A stretch of 64,000 nucleotides of DNA, taken from contig JAXHLW010000013.1 of the NCBI GenBank assembly GCA_034521815.1, positions 1,408,001-1,472,000 on the forward strand, read 5' to 3'. The notes beneath the pieces were generated by a model. That model was not told the DNA's origin. It was given only the letters and a program-made list of their open reading frames with translations, and did not search any database. This DNA is from Trueperaceae bacterium. GTDB lineage: Bacteria > Deinococcota > Deinococci > Deinococcales > Trueperaceae. The translations under genes were made by a program, and so were the position numbers. Positions within the stretch are counted from its first letter, which is position 1. Every line of letters starts with the position of its first letter. Of this stretch, positions 1 through 11,975 are shown one piece after another.

Positions 1-893
1 ACCTCCGAGCCGTCGGCGGGCCGGCCCTGCACCACGGTACGGACGGCGCTGGTGCCCGCCTCGCCGGCGATGCGCAGCGTGTAGGTGCCCTGGGCGAGGC
101 CGAGGAACCCCATCGCCGTGCCCTGTCCGGGGCCCAGCGTGCCCTGCGCGACCTCGCTTCCGTCCGGTCCGATCAGCTCGACGGTGACGTCGCCGTCCAC
201 CGACGTCTGTCCTTCGACGCCCCACAGCAGGCCGGCGTCCTCCTCGCTCAGCTCCCAGGTCAGCTCGCGGGGCGTCCCGGCTTCGACCGGGCCGTAGGCG
301 CCGAACGCTCCCTGGGCCGTGTCGATGCGGTCGAACGGCCGATGGTCGCGGTCGAGGGTCCGGTCCTGCCGCACGAACGACAGCACGTACCGGCCCTCGC
401 CACCGCTCTTGGAGAGGCCCAGGTAGAGCGGCCCGGGCGGAAGCAGGATCGGGCCCGAGCGGTTCAGGCGCCCGGTCGTGGTGCCGAAGGTCCACATCTT
501 GTCGGCGGCGGTGACCCCGACGCCGTCGTCGGCGAAGGTGGCGTGGACCAGGTCCAGCTGCGTGAGCTGGTCCTCGATCCCCTCGATCTCGACCACCCAC
601 GGCACGGCCGCGTCCTCTGCGGAGACGTCCCAGACGAACACGTCCTGGGCGTCGTCCAGCGCCCCCACCATGCAGCGCTCGTCGCCGACCGGGGTGGCCC
701 GGTGCAGCTCGTCGTTCGGCTCGAGCTCCTCGGCGCAGCTGCGGGCGTGGCCGAACCCGGTCAGCACGGCCAGAACGGCCGCGAGCAGCACGGTCGCGCC
801 GACGCGACGGGGAAGGTGGCGCGTCAGGCGACTCAGGAGGAACGTGCGCCGCCTGGCGACGGCGGTACGGACGGGGTCGAGGTCGCGGGGCAC
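1..893 (-). CDS. Large secreted protein, 5' part only (runs off the window edge); PPC-like beta-sandwich repeats
   Basis: Read manually; absent from the ORF track because there is no stop in the window. GTG at 893 with AAGGAG RBS; signal peptide (VLLAAVLAVLTGFGHA); EELEPND motif typical of PPC-type domains. Confidence 0.7.
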   Translation of the reverse strand, partial: MPRDLDPVRTAVARRRTFLLSRLTRHLPRRVGATVLLAAVLAVLTGFGHARSCAEELEPNDELHRATPVGDERCMVGALDDAQDVFVWDVSAEDAAVPWVVEIEGIEDQLTQLDLVHATFADDGVGVTAADKMWTFGTTTGRLNRSGPILLPPGPLYLGLSKSGGEGRYVLSFVRQDRTLDRDHRPFDRIDTAQGAFGAYGPVEAGTPRELTWELSEEDAGLLWGVEGQTSVDGDVTVELIGPDGSEVAQGTLGPGQGTAMGFLGLAQGTYTLRIAGEAGTSAVRTVVQGRPADGSE

Positions 894-988
894 AAGGTCT
901 CCTTTTCGTGTCGAGCTCTACCGAAGCTGCGGGGCGGGCGCGGCGGACGGGGCGGACGCGGCCGCGCCGGCTCGGTCCGGGGCGTTCG

Positions 989-1588
989 TCAGGGCATCTC
1001 GATGTCCAGCTCGGGGAGCCGCTCGACGACGAAGCTTCCTTCGATCGTCGCGACCTGCGACATGTCCGGCTCGGCGTTCATCTGGGGAAGCAGCGGCATC
1101 TCGGCCGAGAAGGTGCCCTCCAGCCGGTACACGCCTTCGGAGATCTCCTCGAACGTGGTGATGGTCCCCTCGGCGCTGCCGCCTGCGTCGCTCACGTGCA
1201 CGTTCTGAAGCATCGAGCTTTCGGGCCAGTACATCGCCGAGACCTGCTCGGAGCCGTAGCTGCACGGGCAGTCGGACGGCGGGGAGTACAGGGAGAACTC
1301 GAGCGACAGCGTCTTCTCGAGCGCGTAGCGCCGCTGGGGGTGGGACTGCAGCGACAGGTTCAGCATCACGCCCATGATCGACGACCAGCTCGCGGTGGCT
1401 TGGGGTCCTTCGGCGGTCGCGAACTCGAGGACGTACCAGGTGCCGGCTTCGCCGTTCAGGGTGGCCTCGATGGTACCGATCACGGTGCCTTCCTGGGACC
1501 GGGCGTCCTGGGCTTGGGCGACGCCCAGCCCGACGAAGAGCGCCATGATCATGGCGAGGAAACGGAGTCGTGAGGCGACGATAGGCAT
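989..1588 (-). CDS. Hypothetical secreted protein
   Basis: GGAGG RBS before ATG 1588; signal peptide FLAMIMALFVGLGVAQA; acidic beta-rich mature part. Confidence 0.75.
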   Translation of the reverse strand: MPIVASRLRFLAMIMALFVGLGVAQAQDARSQEGTVIGTIEATLNGEAGTWYVLEFATAEGPQATASWSSIMGVMLNLSLQSHPQRRYALEKTLSLEFSLYSPPSDCPCSYGSEQVSAMYWPESSMLQNVHVSDAGGSAEGTITTFEEISEGVYRLEGTFSAEMPLLPQMNAEPDMSQVATIEGSFVVERLPELDIEMP

Positions 1589-1653
1589 GGGTCCTCCAGG
1601 GAAGGGCCACGCGCCATGATGGCGGACGCGGCTGGGCAGAAGCACGGGGGCGG

Positions 1654-2322
1654 TCACAGGCCGAACCAGGCGAAGACCAGGTTCTCCTCGATCCGCTCGC
1701 GATGGGGCGCGACGCGGTCGACGTTGGCCTGCGGCACGGTCGCGGTCGGCGACGCGCGGGTCGACGACGCCGGGTCGCCACCGGTGAGCTGGGTCACGTC
1801 GTAGCCGACGACGGCGTAGCCGGCCGCCTGGAGCACGCGATCACGGACCCAGCGGTACTCCTCCAACGAGAAGTCCTGAGCGTTGAGGGCGTCCACCTGC
1901 GCGCGCGTCGCCTCGACCAGGAGGCCCGTCACGTCGACGGCGGCCTGCGCCAGCTCGCGCGGGGTGGGGTCGCCGCCCCGCTGCTCGATACGCTCGTAGC
2001 GCTCGCTCAGCTCGTCGACACGCCCCTCGAGGCGCGCCCGCATCGCGTCCTGCACCGCCAGGAAGCGGTCGACCTGTCCGTCCTCGAGGACGTCGTCGGC
2101 GGGCGCGTCGTAGGGACCCTGGTCGCGGACGTCGTCGCGAATCTGCTCGATCTGCTGGACGTCGCGGACCGAGCCCAGCAGCTCGCCGGCCGGACGACCG
2201 ATGAACCACCAGGCCACACCGGCACCGGCCAGGAACAGCACGAGGAACACGACGCCGCAGCCGATGGCGATCTTGCGCCCCGCGCCGCCTCCCCGCTTCT
2301 CGGGCGTGACCGGGTCAGCCAT
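1654..2322 (-). CDS. Hypothetical membrane-anchored protein
   Basis: N-terminal TM (IAIGCGVVFLVLFL), helical body; overlaps the upstream gene by 8 nt. Confidence 0.75.
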   Translation of the reverse strand: MADPVTPEKRGGGAGRKIAIGCGVVFLVLFLAGAGVAWWFIGRPAGELLGSVRDVQQIEQIRDDVRDQGPYDAPADDVLEDGQVDRFLAVQDAMRARLEGRVDELSERYERIEQRGGDPTPRELAQAAVDVTGLLVEATRAQVDALNAQDFSLEEYRWVRDRVLQAAGYAVVGYDVTQLTGGDPASSTRASPTATVPQANVDRVAPHRERIEENLVFAWFGL

Positions 2323-3556
2323 GCCGGTCGGTGCGGTCGGCGGGTTCGTCGTCCGTATCGGACGCGGATGTCGGGCCGGCCGCGTCGTGACGGTGGGCTT
2401 CGTCGCCTAGCGTCGCCTTCGGCGTCCTCTCCTGGCGTCGGTGGTCCCTGGCGTCGGCGCTCGGTGGAGCCGAATCGCCGGCCACCGCGTCGACCGCGGC
2501 CGCTCCGGCGGCCATGGTGGCCGCAGCAGCCTCGCTCGGTGCTGCATCGTTGGCGGCGTCTCGCGGAGGCCGATCCGCGGCCGTTGCCGCGGGCGCGGCC
2601 GTGCCTGCCGTGTGGCCGGAGCCTCCGGTCGACGCGACGGCCTCCTGGGCCTTGCGACCAAGCTCCTTGAACTTGTCGCTCATGCCCTCGAGCTTGGCGA
2701 CCCAGGCCGGGTCGGGCGTCATGTCCAGCGTCGTGCGGTGGTACGCCAGCAGGGTCGCGGCCAGCGACCAGGCGTCGGCGACGGCGAGCTTGAGCATCCA
2801 GGCGCCGACCACGACCATCACGCCGAGGAACGGGCCCGCCGCGGGCAGCACCGCCGCGATGGCCAGGGCGGGCAGGCCGAGGATCACGAGCAGCAGGAAG
2901 AACTCGACGTAGCCGATCAGGGTCAGCACCACGGCGTTGGCGACGATCGGCTTCCACGCCTGGGCGTAGAGGACGACGCCCTCGTGCGCGACGCCCCAGA
3001 CGTTCTGCTCGCGCTTGGCGTAGGCGCGCGACAGGATCGACTCGTCGACGTAGGTCGAGGACATCAGCGCGACCCGCTCGAGCAGCTTGCCCAGCGAGTC
3101 GATGCCGGGGATCGGCAGGATGTCGACGATTCGGACGACGGTCCGCACGATCCGTCGCACGATCCCGTCCACCAGCTGATCGACGGCGAACATGATGCTG
3201 GTGTCCTTGAACCGCTCCGTCACCTGCTTGCGGCCGTAGGCGACCTGTCCCTCGTCGGGCCCCCGGCCGTGCACGATGAACTCGGTCATCACGGCGGTGT
3301 GCGCCGCCTTGAGCAGGTAGAAGTAGTACCGCGTCACCCAGCGCACGATTCCGAACGCCCCACCGATCCCGGCCAGGAACAAGATGAAGCCGAGCGGCGC
3401 CCAGAGCTGGCCCAGCAGCCAGGCGACCCCGCCGATGACGCCGAAGTAGACCCCCAGCCCCAGGCCGAGCAGCAGGTAGCTTCCGAGACGGATCCAGATG
3501 AACGGCAACGTCTTTCCTAGCAGACCGAGCGCTTCGCCGAGATAGAGCTTGGGCAC
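2315..3556 (-). CDS. Hypothetical multi-pass membrane protein
   Basis: About 4 hydrophobic segments, AAAGGA RBS, low-complexity Ala/Asp tail. Confidence 0.8.
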   Translation of the reverse strand: MPKLYLGEALGLLGKTLPFIWIRLGSYLLLGLGLGVYFGVIGGVAWLLGQLWAPLGFILFLAGIGGAFGIVRWVTRYYFYLLKAAHTAVMTEFIVHGRGPDEGQVAYGRKQVTERFKDTSIMFAVDQLVDGIVRRIVRTVVRIVDILPIPGIDSLGKLLERVALMSSTYVDESILSRAYAKREQNVWGVAHEGVVLYAQAWKPIVANAVVLTLIGYVEFFLLLVILGLPALAIAAVLPAAGPFLGVMVVVGAWMLKLAVADAWSLAATLLAYHRTTLDMTPDPAWVAKLEGMSDKFKELGRKAQEAVASTGGSGHTAGTAAPAATAADRPPRDAANDAAPSEAAAATMAAGAAAVDAVAGDSAPPSADARDHRRQERTPKATLGDEAHRHDAAGPTSASDTDDEPADRTDRHG

Positions 3557-3713
3557 GGGAGGTTCCTTTCGTCAGTGAACGGGATACGAAACGACGACCC
3601 TCGCCCCCTTCCGGGTCGAGGGAACTGCGCGACGGACGGACTCTCTCCACGCCAAGCGTACACGACGCGCGAAGCCCAGGCGCAGGGCGGCCGCGCCCGA
3701 CCGTTCGAGAGCG

Positions 3714-4325
3714 CTAGCCGACCGACGCGAACAGCGGCGTGACCCTCTCGGCACGGGGTACGCGGTGGCACGAGCGGCAGCGCGGCTCGTAGCTCTCCTG
3801 CGCGCCGACCAGGATCACCGGATCGCCGTAGTGCGCTGGATGCCCGCCGATCAGGCGTTGCGTGCGGGTGGCGGCCCGGCCGCAGCGACAGATGGCGGTC
3901 AGCTTCTCGACGTGCTCGGCGCGGGCCAGGAGGATGGGAAGCGGCCCGAACGGCTCGGCCCGGAAGTCGAGGTCGAGGCCCGCCACGATGATGCGCTTGC
4001 CGTCGTCCGCGAGGTCCTGCACGAGCTCGGGGAGCCGGTCGTCGAAGAACTGCGCCTCGTCGACCGCGACCACCTCGGTCGCGTCGCGAAGGCGCTCTCG
4101 AAGCCCGTCGGTATCGTCCACCGGCTGGGCCTCGAGGGTGCGGCCGGCGTGGCTGGCGACCGCGACCTTGTCGTAACGGTCGTCGATCGCGGGCTTGAAC
4201 ACCTGAACGGCTTGACGAGCGATCAGCGCGCGGGTCACGCGCCGGATCAGCTCCTCGGACTTGCCGCTGAACATCGGCCCGACGATCACCTCGAGCCAGC
4301 CTCCGCCGTAGGGATGGGCCTGCAT
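3714..4325 (-). CDS. tdk: Thymidine kinase
   Basis: GPMFSGKS P-loop, VDEAQF, C-terminal Zn-binding Cys; leaderless start (TACGCT 7 nt upstream). Confidence 0.95.
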   Translation of the reverse strand: MQAHPYGGGWLEVIVGPMFSGKSEELIRRVTRALIARQAVQVFKPAIDDRYDKVAVASHAGRTLEAQPVDDTDGLRERLRDATEVVAVDEAQFFDDRLPELVQDLADDGKRIIVAGLDLDFRAEPFGPLPILLARAEHVEKLTAICRCGRAATRTQRLIGGHPAHYGDPVILVGAQESYEPRCRSCHRVPRAERVTPLFASVG

Positions 4326-4452
4326 ACCTGCGAGCGTACCGCAGCGCAGAGTGCCGGCAGGCAGGGGTGTCGGGCGTCCCGGCGTCCTGAGCGCGTTGGT
4401 GTCAAGCATTCGGATCACCGTCCGCTCACCCCACCGTGCTACCCTCCGCCCC

Positions 4453-5007
4453 ATGTCACGCATGCACGGCACCACCATCGTCGCGGTGCACAAAGACGGC
4501 GTCAGCGCCATCGCCGGGGACGGGCAGGTCACCCTGGGCGACCAGATCGTCAAACGCGGCGCGATCAAGGTCCGAACCCTCGAGCAAGGCGGCGTTCTCG
4601 CCGGCTTCGCCGGCGCGGTCAGCGACGCCTTCACGCTGATGGACAAGTTCGAGGGCTACCTCTCCTCGTCGAAGGGGAACCTGCTCAAGGCGGCCGTCGA
4701 GACCGTCAAGGAGTGGCGCACCGACCGGGCGCTCCGCAACCTCGAGGCGATGCTGATCATCGCCGATCACGAACAGATCCTGACCCTGTCCGGTGCCGGC
4801 GACGTGGTCGCTCCGGACGTGCCGGTGGCGTCGGTCGGAAGCGGCGGCGCCTACGCCCTGGCCGCGGCCGTGGCGCTGCTGGAGCACAGCGAGCTGAGCG
4901 CCCCCGAGATCGCCCGCGAGGCGATCCGCATCGCGGGCACCATCGACATCTACACCAGTGGCGAGGCGACCGTCCTCACCGTTCCGAGCAGCGAGGCGTC
5001 CGAATGA
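4453..5007 (+). CDS. hslV: ATP-dependent protease subunit HslV
   Basis: [27 protein letters not shown] motifs. Confidence 0.95.
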   Translation: MSRMHGTTIVAVHKDGVSAIAGDGQVTLGDQIVKRGAIKVRTLEQGGVLAGFAGAVSDAFTLMDKFEGYLSSSKGNLLKAAVETVKEWRTDRALRNLEAMLIIADHEQILTLSGAGDVVAPDVPVASVGSGGAYALAAAVALLEHSELSAPEIAREAIRIAGTIDIYTSGEATVLTVPSSEASE

Positions 5008-6332
5008 CCCAGTCCAACGCCCCCGTCCTCCGTCGCGACCTTCCCGATCTCGACGACCTGACGCCCATCCAGATCGTCGAGGCGCTGGACGCCGACATCA
5101 TCGGACAGCACAAGGCCAAGCGCAGCGTGGCGGTCGCCCTGAGGAACCACGTCCGCCGGCGCCGGCTGCCGCTCGAGACGCAAGCCGAGGTGACGCCGAA
5201 GAACATCCTGATGATCGGCCCCACCGGGGTCGGCAAGACCGAGATCGCGCGTCGCCTGGCGAAGCTGGCCAGGGCGCCGTTCCTGAAGGTCGAGGCCACG
5301 AAGTTCACCGAGGTGGGCTACGTGGGCCGCGACGTGGACAGCATCGTCCGCGACCTGGCGCAGGCGTCGTACGCCCTGGTCGAGGAGGAGAAGAAGGCCG
5401 AGGTGGCCGAGGCGGCCGCGGTCGCTGCCGAGCGGAAGCTGCTCGAGGCGCTGCTGCCCGGCGGCACCGAGGAGGGTCTCGAGCGGATGCGGGCGCTGCT
5501 GCGCGCCGGTCAGCTCGAAGACCGCACCGTCGAGATCGAGGTGGCCGAGGAGCCGCCCCAGCTGGGCATGGGCATGCCGGGCATGGAAGAGATGGGCCGC
5601 AACCTGCAGGACATGCTGTCGCGCTTCGCGCCGCAACGGTCGCAGACCCGCAAGACGACCGTGCGCGAGGCCAGGCGCATCCTCCAGGACCAGGAGGCCA
5701 CCTCGCTGCTGGACGAGGACGAGGTGAACCGCGAGGCGATCGACCGGGCCGAGAACCGCGGCATCGTGTTCCTGGACGAGATCGACAAGATCACGGGCGA
5801 GGACGGCGTCGGCGGCGCCGACGTGTCGGGCGAGGGCGTTCAGCGCGACCTGCTGCCGATCGTCGAGGGCACCCAGGTCCAGACCCGCTACGGCTCGGTG
5901 CGCACCGACCATGTGCTGTTCATCGCGGCGGGGGCGTTCAGCGTGTCGAAGCCTTCGGATCTGATCCCGGAGATGCAGGGACGCTTCCCGATCCGGGTGG
6001 AGCTCGACGAGCTCAGCGCCGGCGATCTGCAGCGCATCCTGACGCAGCCCCGCTACGCCCTGACCCGCCAGTACGCCGACCTGCTCCGTGTCGACGGCAC
6101 CGACCTCGTCTGGGACGAGACCGGCATCGTCGCGATCGCCGAGGTCGCCGAGCAGGTCAACCGCGACGTCGAGGACATCGGTGCGCGCCGGCTGCACACG
6201 ATCCTGGAGCGCGTGCTCGAGGACGTGGCGTTCGGCACCGATCTCGGGCGCGTCGTGATCGACGGGGACTACGTGCGCCGCAAGGTCGAGGACATCGCTG
6301 GAGACGAGGACCTGAGCCGCTACGTGCTCTGA
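5004..6332 (+). CDS. hslU: ATP-dependent protease ATPase HslU
   Basis: [35 protein letters not shown]-terminal DLSRYVL; ATGA overlap with hslV. Confidence 0.95.
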   Translation: MTQSNAPVLRRDLPDLDDLTPIQIVEALDADIIGQHKAKRSVAVALRNHVRRRRLPLETQAEVTPKNILMIGPTGVGKTEIARRLAKLARAPFLKVEATKFTEVGYVGRDVDSIVRDLAQASYALVEEEKKAEVAEAAAVAAERKLLEALLPGGTEEGLERMRALLRAGQLEDRTVEIEVAEEPPQLGMGMPGMEEMGRNLQDMLSRFAPQRSQTRKTTVREARRILQDQEATSLLDEDEVNREAIDRAENRGIVFLDEIDKITGEDGVGGADVSGEGVQRDLLPIVEGTQVQTRYGSVRTDHVLFIAAGAFSVSKPSDLIPEMQGRFPIRVELDELSAGDLQRILTQPRYALTRQYADLLRVDGTDLVWDETGIVAIAEVAEQVNRDVEDIGARRLHTILERVLEDVAFGTDLGRVVIDGDYVRRKVEDIAGDEDLSRYVL

Positions 6333-8478
6333 CGAGGCTAGGCACGCCCTCGAACACCACGATCGCGTCCTGCAGCGGCTCCAGGATCGAGCCCGGCTCG
6401 AGCACCGTGCCGGGCTCGACGTGGTCGGTGCCGAACGCGACGCGCCAGCCGGCGGCGTCGGCAGCCTTCGGCAGCGTGAACCGCTCGGGTCTGCGGCCCA
6501 GGAACACGACCAGCGCCGAGGTGTCGTGGCCGGTCCGGCCGTCACGCTGCACCTCGTGGAACGCGCTGCCGCACAGCAGCATCCCCAGCGTCGTGCGCTT
6601 CCGGTCGTGCCAGTCCCGCGACGTCATCTCGCGTCCTTCGGGTCCGTACCAGGTGACGTCCTTGCAGCCCGACGGGTCGGTCCGGCCGGTGAGGAACCGG
6701 CTGCGCCGGAAGATCGGATGCTTCCGCCGGAACGCCATCACCTCTCGGACGAACGTCAGGAACGCCTGATCCCGCTCGTCCAGATCCCAGCCGTACCAGG
6801 ACACGTCGTTGTCCTGGCAGTAGCTGTTGTTGTTCCCGCCCTTGCTCCTGGACAGCTCGTCGCCCCCCAGCAGCATGGGCACGCCCTGCGACAGGAACAA
6901 CGTGGCGATCAGGCCCCGCTTGACGCGCTCGCGCGCGTCCTGGATCTCGGGATCGTCGCTGGGCCCCTCCACCCCGAAGTTCTGCGACAGGTTGTGGTCG
7001 TGCCCGTCACGGTTGTTTTCGCCGTTCGCCTCGTTGTGCTTGCGCTGGTACGAGACCATGTCCTGGAGCGTGTAGCCGTCGTGGGCGGTGATGAAGTTGA
7101 CCGAGGCGTACGGCCGTCGGCTGTCGCGATCGTAGAGGTCCGCCGAACCCGACACGCGCGTGGCCAGCTCGCCCACGCCGCCACGGTGCCCCGCCCAGTA
7201 CCCGCGCACGGCGTCGCGGTAGCGGCCGTTCCACTCCGCCCAGTGCCACGGGAAGTTGCCGACCTGGTAGCCGCCCGGACCGACGTCCCACGGCTCGGCG
7301 ATCAGCTTGACCCGGCTCAGGACCGGATCTTGCTGCATCACGGTGAAGAACGGCGACAGCATGTCCACGTCGTACAGCTCGCGCGCCAGCACCGAGGCCA
7401 GGTCGAAGCGGAACCCGTCGACGTGCATCTCCTGCACCCAGTAGCGGAGGCTGTCGGTGATGAGCTGCAGCACGTACGGGTTGCCGGCGTCCAAGGTGTT
7501 GCCGGTTCCGGTGTAGTCCACGTTTCGGCTCGGATCGTCGGAGCGAAGCTTGTAGTAGCCCTCGTTGTCGATCCCGCGCCACGACAGGGTGGGGCCCTGC
7601 CGGTCGCCCTCGGCGGTGTGGTTGTACACGACGTCCAGCAGCACCTCGAAGCCGGCGTCGTGAAGCTGCCGGACCATCATCTTGAACTCGCGGACCGCGC
7701 CCTCGATGCCGAACGCCGCGAAGCGCGGCTCGGGCGCGAAGTAGGCCAGCGGGTTGTAGCCCCAGTAGTTCCTCAGGCCCTTCTCGCGCAGGTGCTGCTC
7801 GCTGATGAACGCGTGCACGGGAAGCAGCGAGATCGAGGTCACCCCCAGCGACCTCAGGTGGTCCACGATCGGCTCGCTGGCCACGCCCAGGTACGTCCCA
7901 CGCAGCCGCGGGGGAACGTCGGGATGACGCATGGTGAGGCCACGTACGTGGGTCTCGTAGATCACCGTGTCGGGCCACGGCACGTCGGGACGCCGGTCGC
8001 CGCCCCACTCGAACGCATGCTCGACGACCATGCCCAGCGGCGCCCAGGCATCGCTGGGGCGGGGATCGGGCCGGGCGGGGTCCGAGGGGTCGTGACCGTA
8101 GAGGCTGTCGTGCCACACCAGCGGGCGCCCCAGCGCCGTGGCGTACGGGTCCAGCACGACCTTCGCCGGGTTGAACCGCTGTCCGCGCTCCGGATTCCAC
8201 GGCCCGTGAACCCGGTAGCCGTACAGCTGACCCGGCCTGCGCTGAGGCAGGTAGGCGTGCCACACCGGGCCGGTCTTCTCGTCCAGAGGGATCACGTGCG
8301 CCGGCTCGGTGTCGTCCGCACGATCGAACAGCAGCAGGTCCACGGCCTTCGCACGCTCGGAGTACAGCGCGAAGTTGACGCCCGCTCCGTCCCAGCTGGC
8401 GCCCAGGGGGTACGGCCTGCCGGGACGGACGACGGGCGGGCGGGCGGCGAAGCGTTGGGAGAGGGGAGCGTCGCTCAT
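6157..8478 (-). CDS. glgX: Glycogen debranching enzyme (GH13 isoamylase); true stop probably near 6340
   Basis: YPLGA, NYWGY, DVVYNHT, DGFRFD, AEPWD, HDG, GDE motifs; the last ~60 codons overlap hslU and look like read-through after an indel. Confidence 0.93.
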   Translation of the reverse strand: MSDAPLSQRFAARPPVVRPGRPYPLGASWDGAGVNFALYSERAKAVDLLLFDRADDTEPAHVIPLDEKTGPVWHAYLPQRRPGQLYGYRVHGPWNPERGQRFNPAKVVLDPYATALGRPLVWHDSLYGHDPSDPARPDPRPSDAWAPLGMVVEHAFEWGGDRRPDVPWPDTVIYETHVRGLTMRHPDVPPRLRGTYLGVASEPIVDHLRSLGVTSISLLPVHAFISEQHLREKGLRNYWGYNPLAYFAPEPRFAAFGIEGAVREFKMMVRQLHDAGFEVLLDVVYNHTAEGDRQGPTLSWRGIDNEGYYKLRSDDPSRNVDYTGTGNTLDAGNPYVLQLITDSLRYWVQEMHVDGFRFDLASVLARELYDVDMLSPFFTVMQQDPVLSRVKLIAEPWDVGPGGYQVGNFPWHWAEWNGRYRDAVRGYWAGHRGGVGELATRVSGSADLYDRDSRRPYASVNFITAHDGYTLQDMVSYQRKHNEANGENNRDGHDHNLSQNFGVEGPSDDPEIQDARERVKRGLIATLFLSQGVPMLLGGDELSRSKGGNNNSYCQDNDVSWYGWDLDERDQAFLTFVREVMAFRRKHPIFRRSRFLTGRTDPSGCKDVTWYGPEGREMTSRDWHDRKRTTLGMLLCGSAFHEVQRDGRTGHDTSALVVFLGRRPERFTLPKAADAAGWRVAFGTDHVEPGTVLEPGSILEPLQDAIVVFEGVPSLVRARSGSGPRLQRCPRPCGARSPRRSRRARDRCRTPRPRARAPGSCAAGAHRCPRRRG

Positions 8479-8506
8479 CGGGCGTCCGCCTGGGCCGATA
8501 CGATCG

Positions 8507-10999
8507 TCACCCGGTCGACACCGGCGCCCGAACGGTCAGCAGCGACGGCACGTCGACGCTTCGTTCGCCCAGCGCCGCGACCGTGATCGGAAGCCGGCAG
8601 CTCGGAGCGGACGCCTGTCGCGATGCCGAGATCGCGTCCGGTCCGTCCCGCTGGCCCTCCAGGAGGCACCAGCTGAGGCCCGCCATGCCGATCGGCAGCG
8701 CGAGCGAATCGAACACGAGTCCCGCCCCGACGGCCGCGATCGCGCTGGCGAACATCGAGGTGATCACGAAGCCGGCCATGAAGCCCGTCACCCCGTCCAC
8801 CATGCAGCAGCCGACGTTGCCGCCGCTGGCCATGCACGTCCCGAAGCCCACCATGCCCGTGAACATGGAGAACGACAGTGCGACGAGGTTCGCGTACTCC
8901 ATGGCGTTGCCGCGCCCGTCGGCGCCCCGTCCCAGCGTCTCGCCCAGGACCGGATCGACGCGCCACCAGGCGGCGATCTCGGTCTCGTTCGGCATCGCCT
9001 CCGGCACGACCACCGCGTACCCCTGCTCGAGGTCGTCCGCGATCGCCCGGACCGACGCCTCGGGCAGCGGGAGGTCGGCCGCAGCGGCCTGCGAGCCCGG
9101 CGTGAGCGTGCGGACGGCGACGCCCTGCGAGCGAGCGGCGGCGAAGAACGACAGCGTGTCCTGCACCTCCTCGCCGCCTCCGAGGACCAGGCCCTCGACC
9201 GCCGACTCCCACACGCCGGCCCGCAGCGCGGTGTCGAACGACGGGACGAGCTCGCCACCGCCGCCGATCTCGAACGTCCGTCGGGCGTTGTGCACGATGT
9301 CGGTCTGTGCGGTCGACCTGTCGTACGCCGCGGTCGTGACGACCAGCGACGGCGTCGCACGGTACGAGACGACGTCCTCGTCGGCGATGAACGACGCGTC
9401 GTCGAACGCTTGGAACAGCTGAAGGAGCGGCGCGGCCAGCATCTCCTCGCTCAGCTCGTCGGACGGCTGGTCCACCGGCGCCCCGACGTCGGCCGCCTGG
9501 ACGTACAGCGTCTCCAGGTAGTCCAAGCCGTCACGAAGCGCGCTCAGCGAGCGCTGACTCAGGTAGGCGGCCGAGTAGCGGCCGGGCGCCAGCATGAAGG
9601 TGTGCTGCGCTTGGAGATCGAGAAGGATCTCCTCGTCGGTCATCGGCGTCAACGGGCCCGAGGCGTCGCCGTCGGCTCGGCGCTCGTCGCCGAGGCGGTC
9701 CACGATCATGCGGCGATAGGTGGTCTCCTGGCCTCCCGGCTCGATCAGCGTGAACTCGAGCCAGTGCGCGGTCATGGCGACGGCGTCCTCCTCGCCGCTG
9801 ACCTCGGACGTGGCGTCGGCCAGACCGCCCGCGAGGTTCCCGAACAGCCCGCCCGCCGCGGACGAGCCCGCGTCGGGCGGCACCACGCTGCCGAGCAGAT
9901 CGAAGAACTGGCCGCCCGGGGCCAGCGAGTCGTTGAACAGCGGGACGATGAAGACCGTGTCGTCGTACGCCTCCTGCCGGGGCGTCGAGAGGCCGTCGTC
10001 CAGGTACCCGTCAGGCAGGGCGAGGTAGCGGAGGGGCACGCCGTTCAGGTTCGCGACCGGCCGTTCCCACGCCTCCATGACCGGGTTCGTCTCGAGCTCG
10101 CCGCCCAGCCGACGCTCGACGACCGCCTGGAAGCGGAAGCGGTGCTGCAGCTCGGTCGGGATGTCGCCGTCGATGGTGGTGTCGGGCTCCAGCCCCGACG
10201 TCCATTCCGCGTCGGCCGGCGCGGCGGGGTGGACCGACGTCCACGGCTGGTCCGGGCCCAGGCGGTACTGCACCCAGGCGTAGTCGCGTGCGTCGTCGAT
10301 CACGGCGCTCATGTCCGCCCCGCCCAGCGACACGCCGGCGTCCTCCAGCGTGCCTCGGAGCCAGGCCGAGAGGTCCAGCGCTTCGCTCTCGAGCTCCGCT
10401 TTCAGCGCTTCGCTGCGCGCGTCCACCTGCTCGAGGTCCGCGCGGCTACCCGGCCCGGCCGCTGCGTACGCCTCCAGGGCGGCCGCCTGATCGACGGCGA
10501 GCGGTGCCGGCGAGCGCACGGTGTTCACCAGCGCCGTCGCGGCGTCGTCGGGCAGCGAGGCGCGAGCGATCCGCGCGGTGAACCCGGCGTCGTACAGCAG
10601 GCTGGCCAGCAGCAGCGACTGGTCCCAGGCGTTGGCGGCCCCGGCCTGAAGCGCACCGTCGGCGCCCCTGAGAACGCCCGCGTACGCCTGGTACGCGATC
10701 TCGTCTCGCACCCAGCTCGCGATCGTGTCGGGCTCCTCGAACGCGAGGTCGAACGCCAGGTCGTCCTTGGTCCAGTACGCGTCGGGCTGGGCGGCCTCGA
10801 GACCGTCCACCGTCCGTTCGATCTCGGCGAGCTTGGACACCGCGTCCTGGACGGAAGGATCCGTGGCCTGCGCCAGGGCCGCCGTCGTCCCGGGCCCCAT
10901 GAACATCAGTCCCACGACGAGGAGGTGGGTCAGCGCCGTCCGCAGCCTGGGCGCGACGTGGGCTCGAAACGTGGACGGGACGCGGTTCGTTGGGCTCAT
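8507..10999 (-). CDS. Large secreted protein with a degenerate transglutaminase-like core and hydrophobic C-terminus
   Basis: Signal peptide ending [37 protein letters not shown]; Gly/Cys-rich hydrophobic tail. Confidence 0.75.
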   Translation of the reverse strand: MSPTNRVPSTFRAHVAPRLRTALTHLLVVGLMFMGPGTTAALAQATDPSVQDAVSKLAEIERTVDGLEAAQPDAYWTKDDLAFDLAFEEPDTIASWVRDEIAYQAYAGVLRGADGALQAGAANAWDQSLLLASLLYDAGFTARIARASLPDDAATALVNTVRSPAPLAVDQAAALEAYAAAGPGSRADLEQVDARSEALKAELESEALDLSAWLRGTLEDAGVSLGGADMSAVIDDARDYAWVQYRLGPDQPWTSVHPAAPADAEWTSGLEPDTTIDGDIPTELQHRFRFQAVVERRLGGELETNPVMEAWERPVANLNGVPLRYLALPDGYLDDGLSTPRQEAYDDTVFIVPLFNDSLAPGGQFFDLLGSVVPPDAGSSAAGGLFGNLAGGLADATSEVSGEEDAVAMTAHWLEFTLIEPGGQETTYRRMIVDRLGDERRADGDASGPLTPMTDEEILLDLQAQHTFMLAPGRYSAAYLSQRSLSALRDGLDYLETLYVQAADVGAPVDQPSDELSEEMLAAPLLQLFQAFDDASFIADEDVVSYRATPSLVVTTAAYDRSTAQTDIVHNARRTFEIGGGGELVPSFDTALRAGVWESAVEGLVLGGGEEVQDTLSFFAAARSQGVAVRTLTPGSQAAAADLPLPEASVRAIADDLEQGYAVVVPEAMPNETEIAAWWRVDPVLGETLGRGADGRGNAMEYANLVALSFSMFTGMVGFGTCMASGGNVGCCMVDGVTGFMAGFVITSMFASAIAAVGAGLVFDSLALPIGMAGLSWCLLEGQRDGPDAISASRQASAPSCRLPITVAALGERSVDVPSLLTVRAPVSTG

Positions 11000-11099
11000 T
11001 CGACACCTCTCGAAGATCGTTCGGGCGGGACGCTCGCAGCGCCGTGGGCCGGGCACGCACGCCGGCCTAAGCCGTCACGGCGCGCCTCCGTTCGGCGCG

Positions 11100-11975
11100 T
11101 CAGACGTCCCAGAAGCGCAGCTCGTCCTCGCGGAAGCCCGGGACGACCCAGTTCCCGAACGCCGTCAGGCCGTCACGGTCGGGTCGCTCGAGATGGTACC
11201 GGAAATTGGCCAGGTAACGCAGCATCACGTCGGGCGTCACGCCCACGCGGCCGGCCGCCTCCGACGCGACGTCGGCCAGCCGCCCCAGGCCGTGCTGCCG
11301 GGCGGCGCGAAGCTTGGCGACCAGCCGATCGGACGGCGGCCGGTCGCGCAGCGAGGCCCATACGGCGAAGGTGAACGGCAGCCGCGTACGGTCGTACCAG
11401 GCCTCGCCGAGGTCGGTCATGATCGGGGTCCGCCCGTCGATCGGGCGCCGGGCGACGCCCTCGACCAGCGCCGCGTCGCCGATCAGCAGCGCCGCGTCGT
11501 ACTCGCGCAGCATCACGTCCAGCAGGGGCGCGGTGGGCACCAGCTCGGCCTCGATCCCGTCGCGACGAAGCAGGCTCCTGAGCAGCTCGACGCTGGTCGC
11601 CGAGTCGGTGGACACCGCGATCCGGGCACCGCTCAGCTCGGACCAGGGCCGCCAGTGGAACAGGCTCACGCTGTACACCGGTCCGAGCGTCGCGATCGAG
11701 AAATCCGGCAAGGCCCGCAGCACGTCGCGGTGCCGCAGGAACTCGACCGACGAGATCAGCGTCAGGTCGATCGTGCCCTCGAGCAGGGCGCGGTTGAGCT
11801 CGCTGGGGACGCCGTGCACGAAGGTGGCGCGGTGACCGTCCTCGTCCCACGGCGTCAGCCGCCAGTGGAGCGGCGCGACGTTCGTGTAGGCGACGATGCC
11901 CAGGCGCTCGATCGCGCGCAATGATGCGTCCTCGGCGAGCCGGTCGGACCGAAAGTCGCTGCGCAGACCGCTCAT
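11100..11975 (-). CDS. mqnA: Chorismate dehydratase (futalosine pathway)
   Basis: YTNVAPL, GPVYSV, TDSATS, LLIGD, DLGEAW..LPFTFAVW; ATGA overlap with mqnE. Confidence 0.9.
   Translation of the reverse strand: MSGLRSDFRSDRLAEDASLRAIERLGIVAYTNVAPLHWRLTPWDEDGHRATFVHGVPSELNRALLEGTIDLTLISSVEFLRHRDVLRALPDFSIATLGPVYSVSLFHWRPWSELSGARIAVSTDSATSVELLRSLLRRDGIEAELVPTAPLLDVMLREYDAALLIGDAALVEGVARRPIDGRTPIMTDLGEAWYDRTRLPFTFAVWASLRDRPPSDRLVAKLRAARQHGLGRLADVASEAAGRVGVTPDVMLRYLANFRYHLERPDRDGLTAFGNWVVPGFREDELRFWDV

Noticed and set aside
6157-6332. 176-bp convergent overlap of glgX and hslU
   Set aside because: The extension is non-homologous-looking and an off-frame TAG lies near 6338, so it is probably an indel artefact
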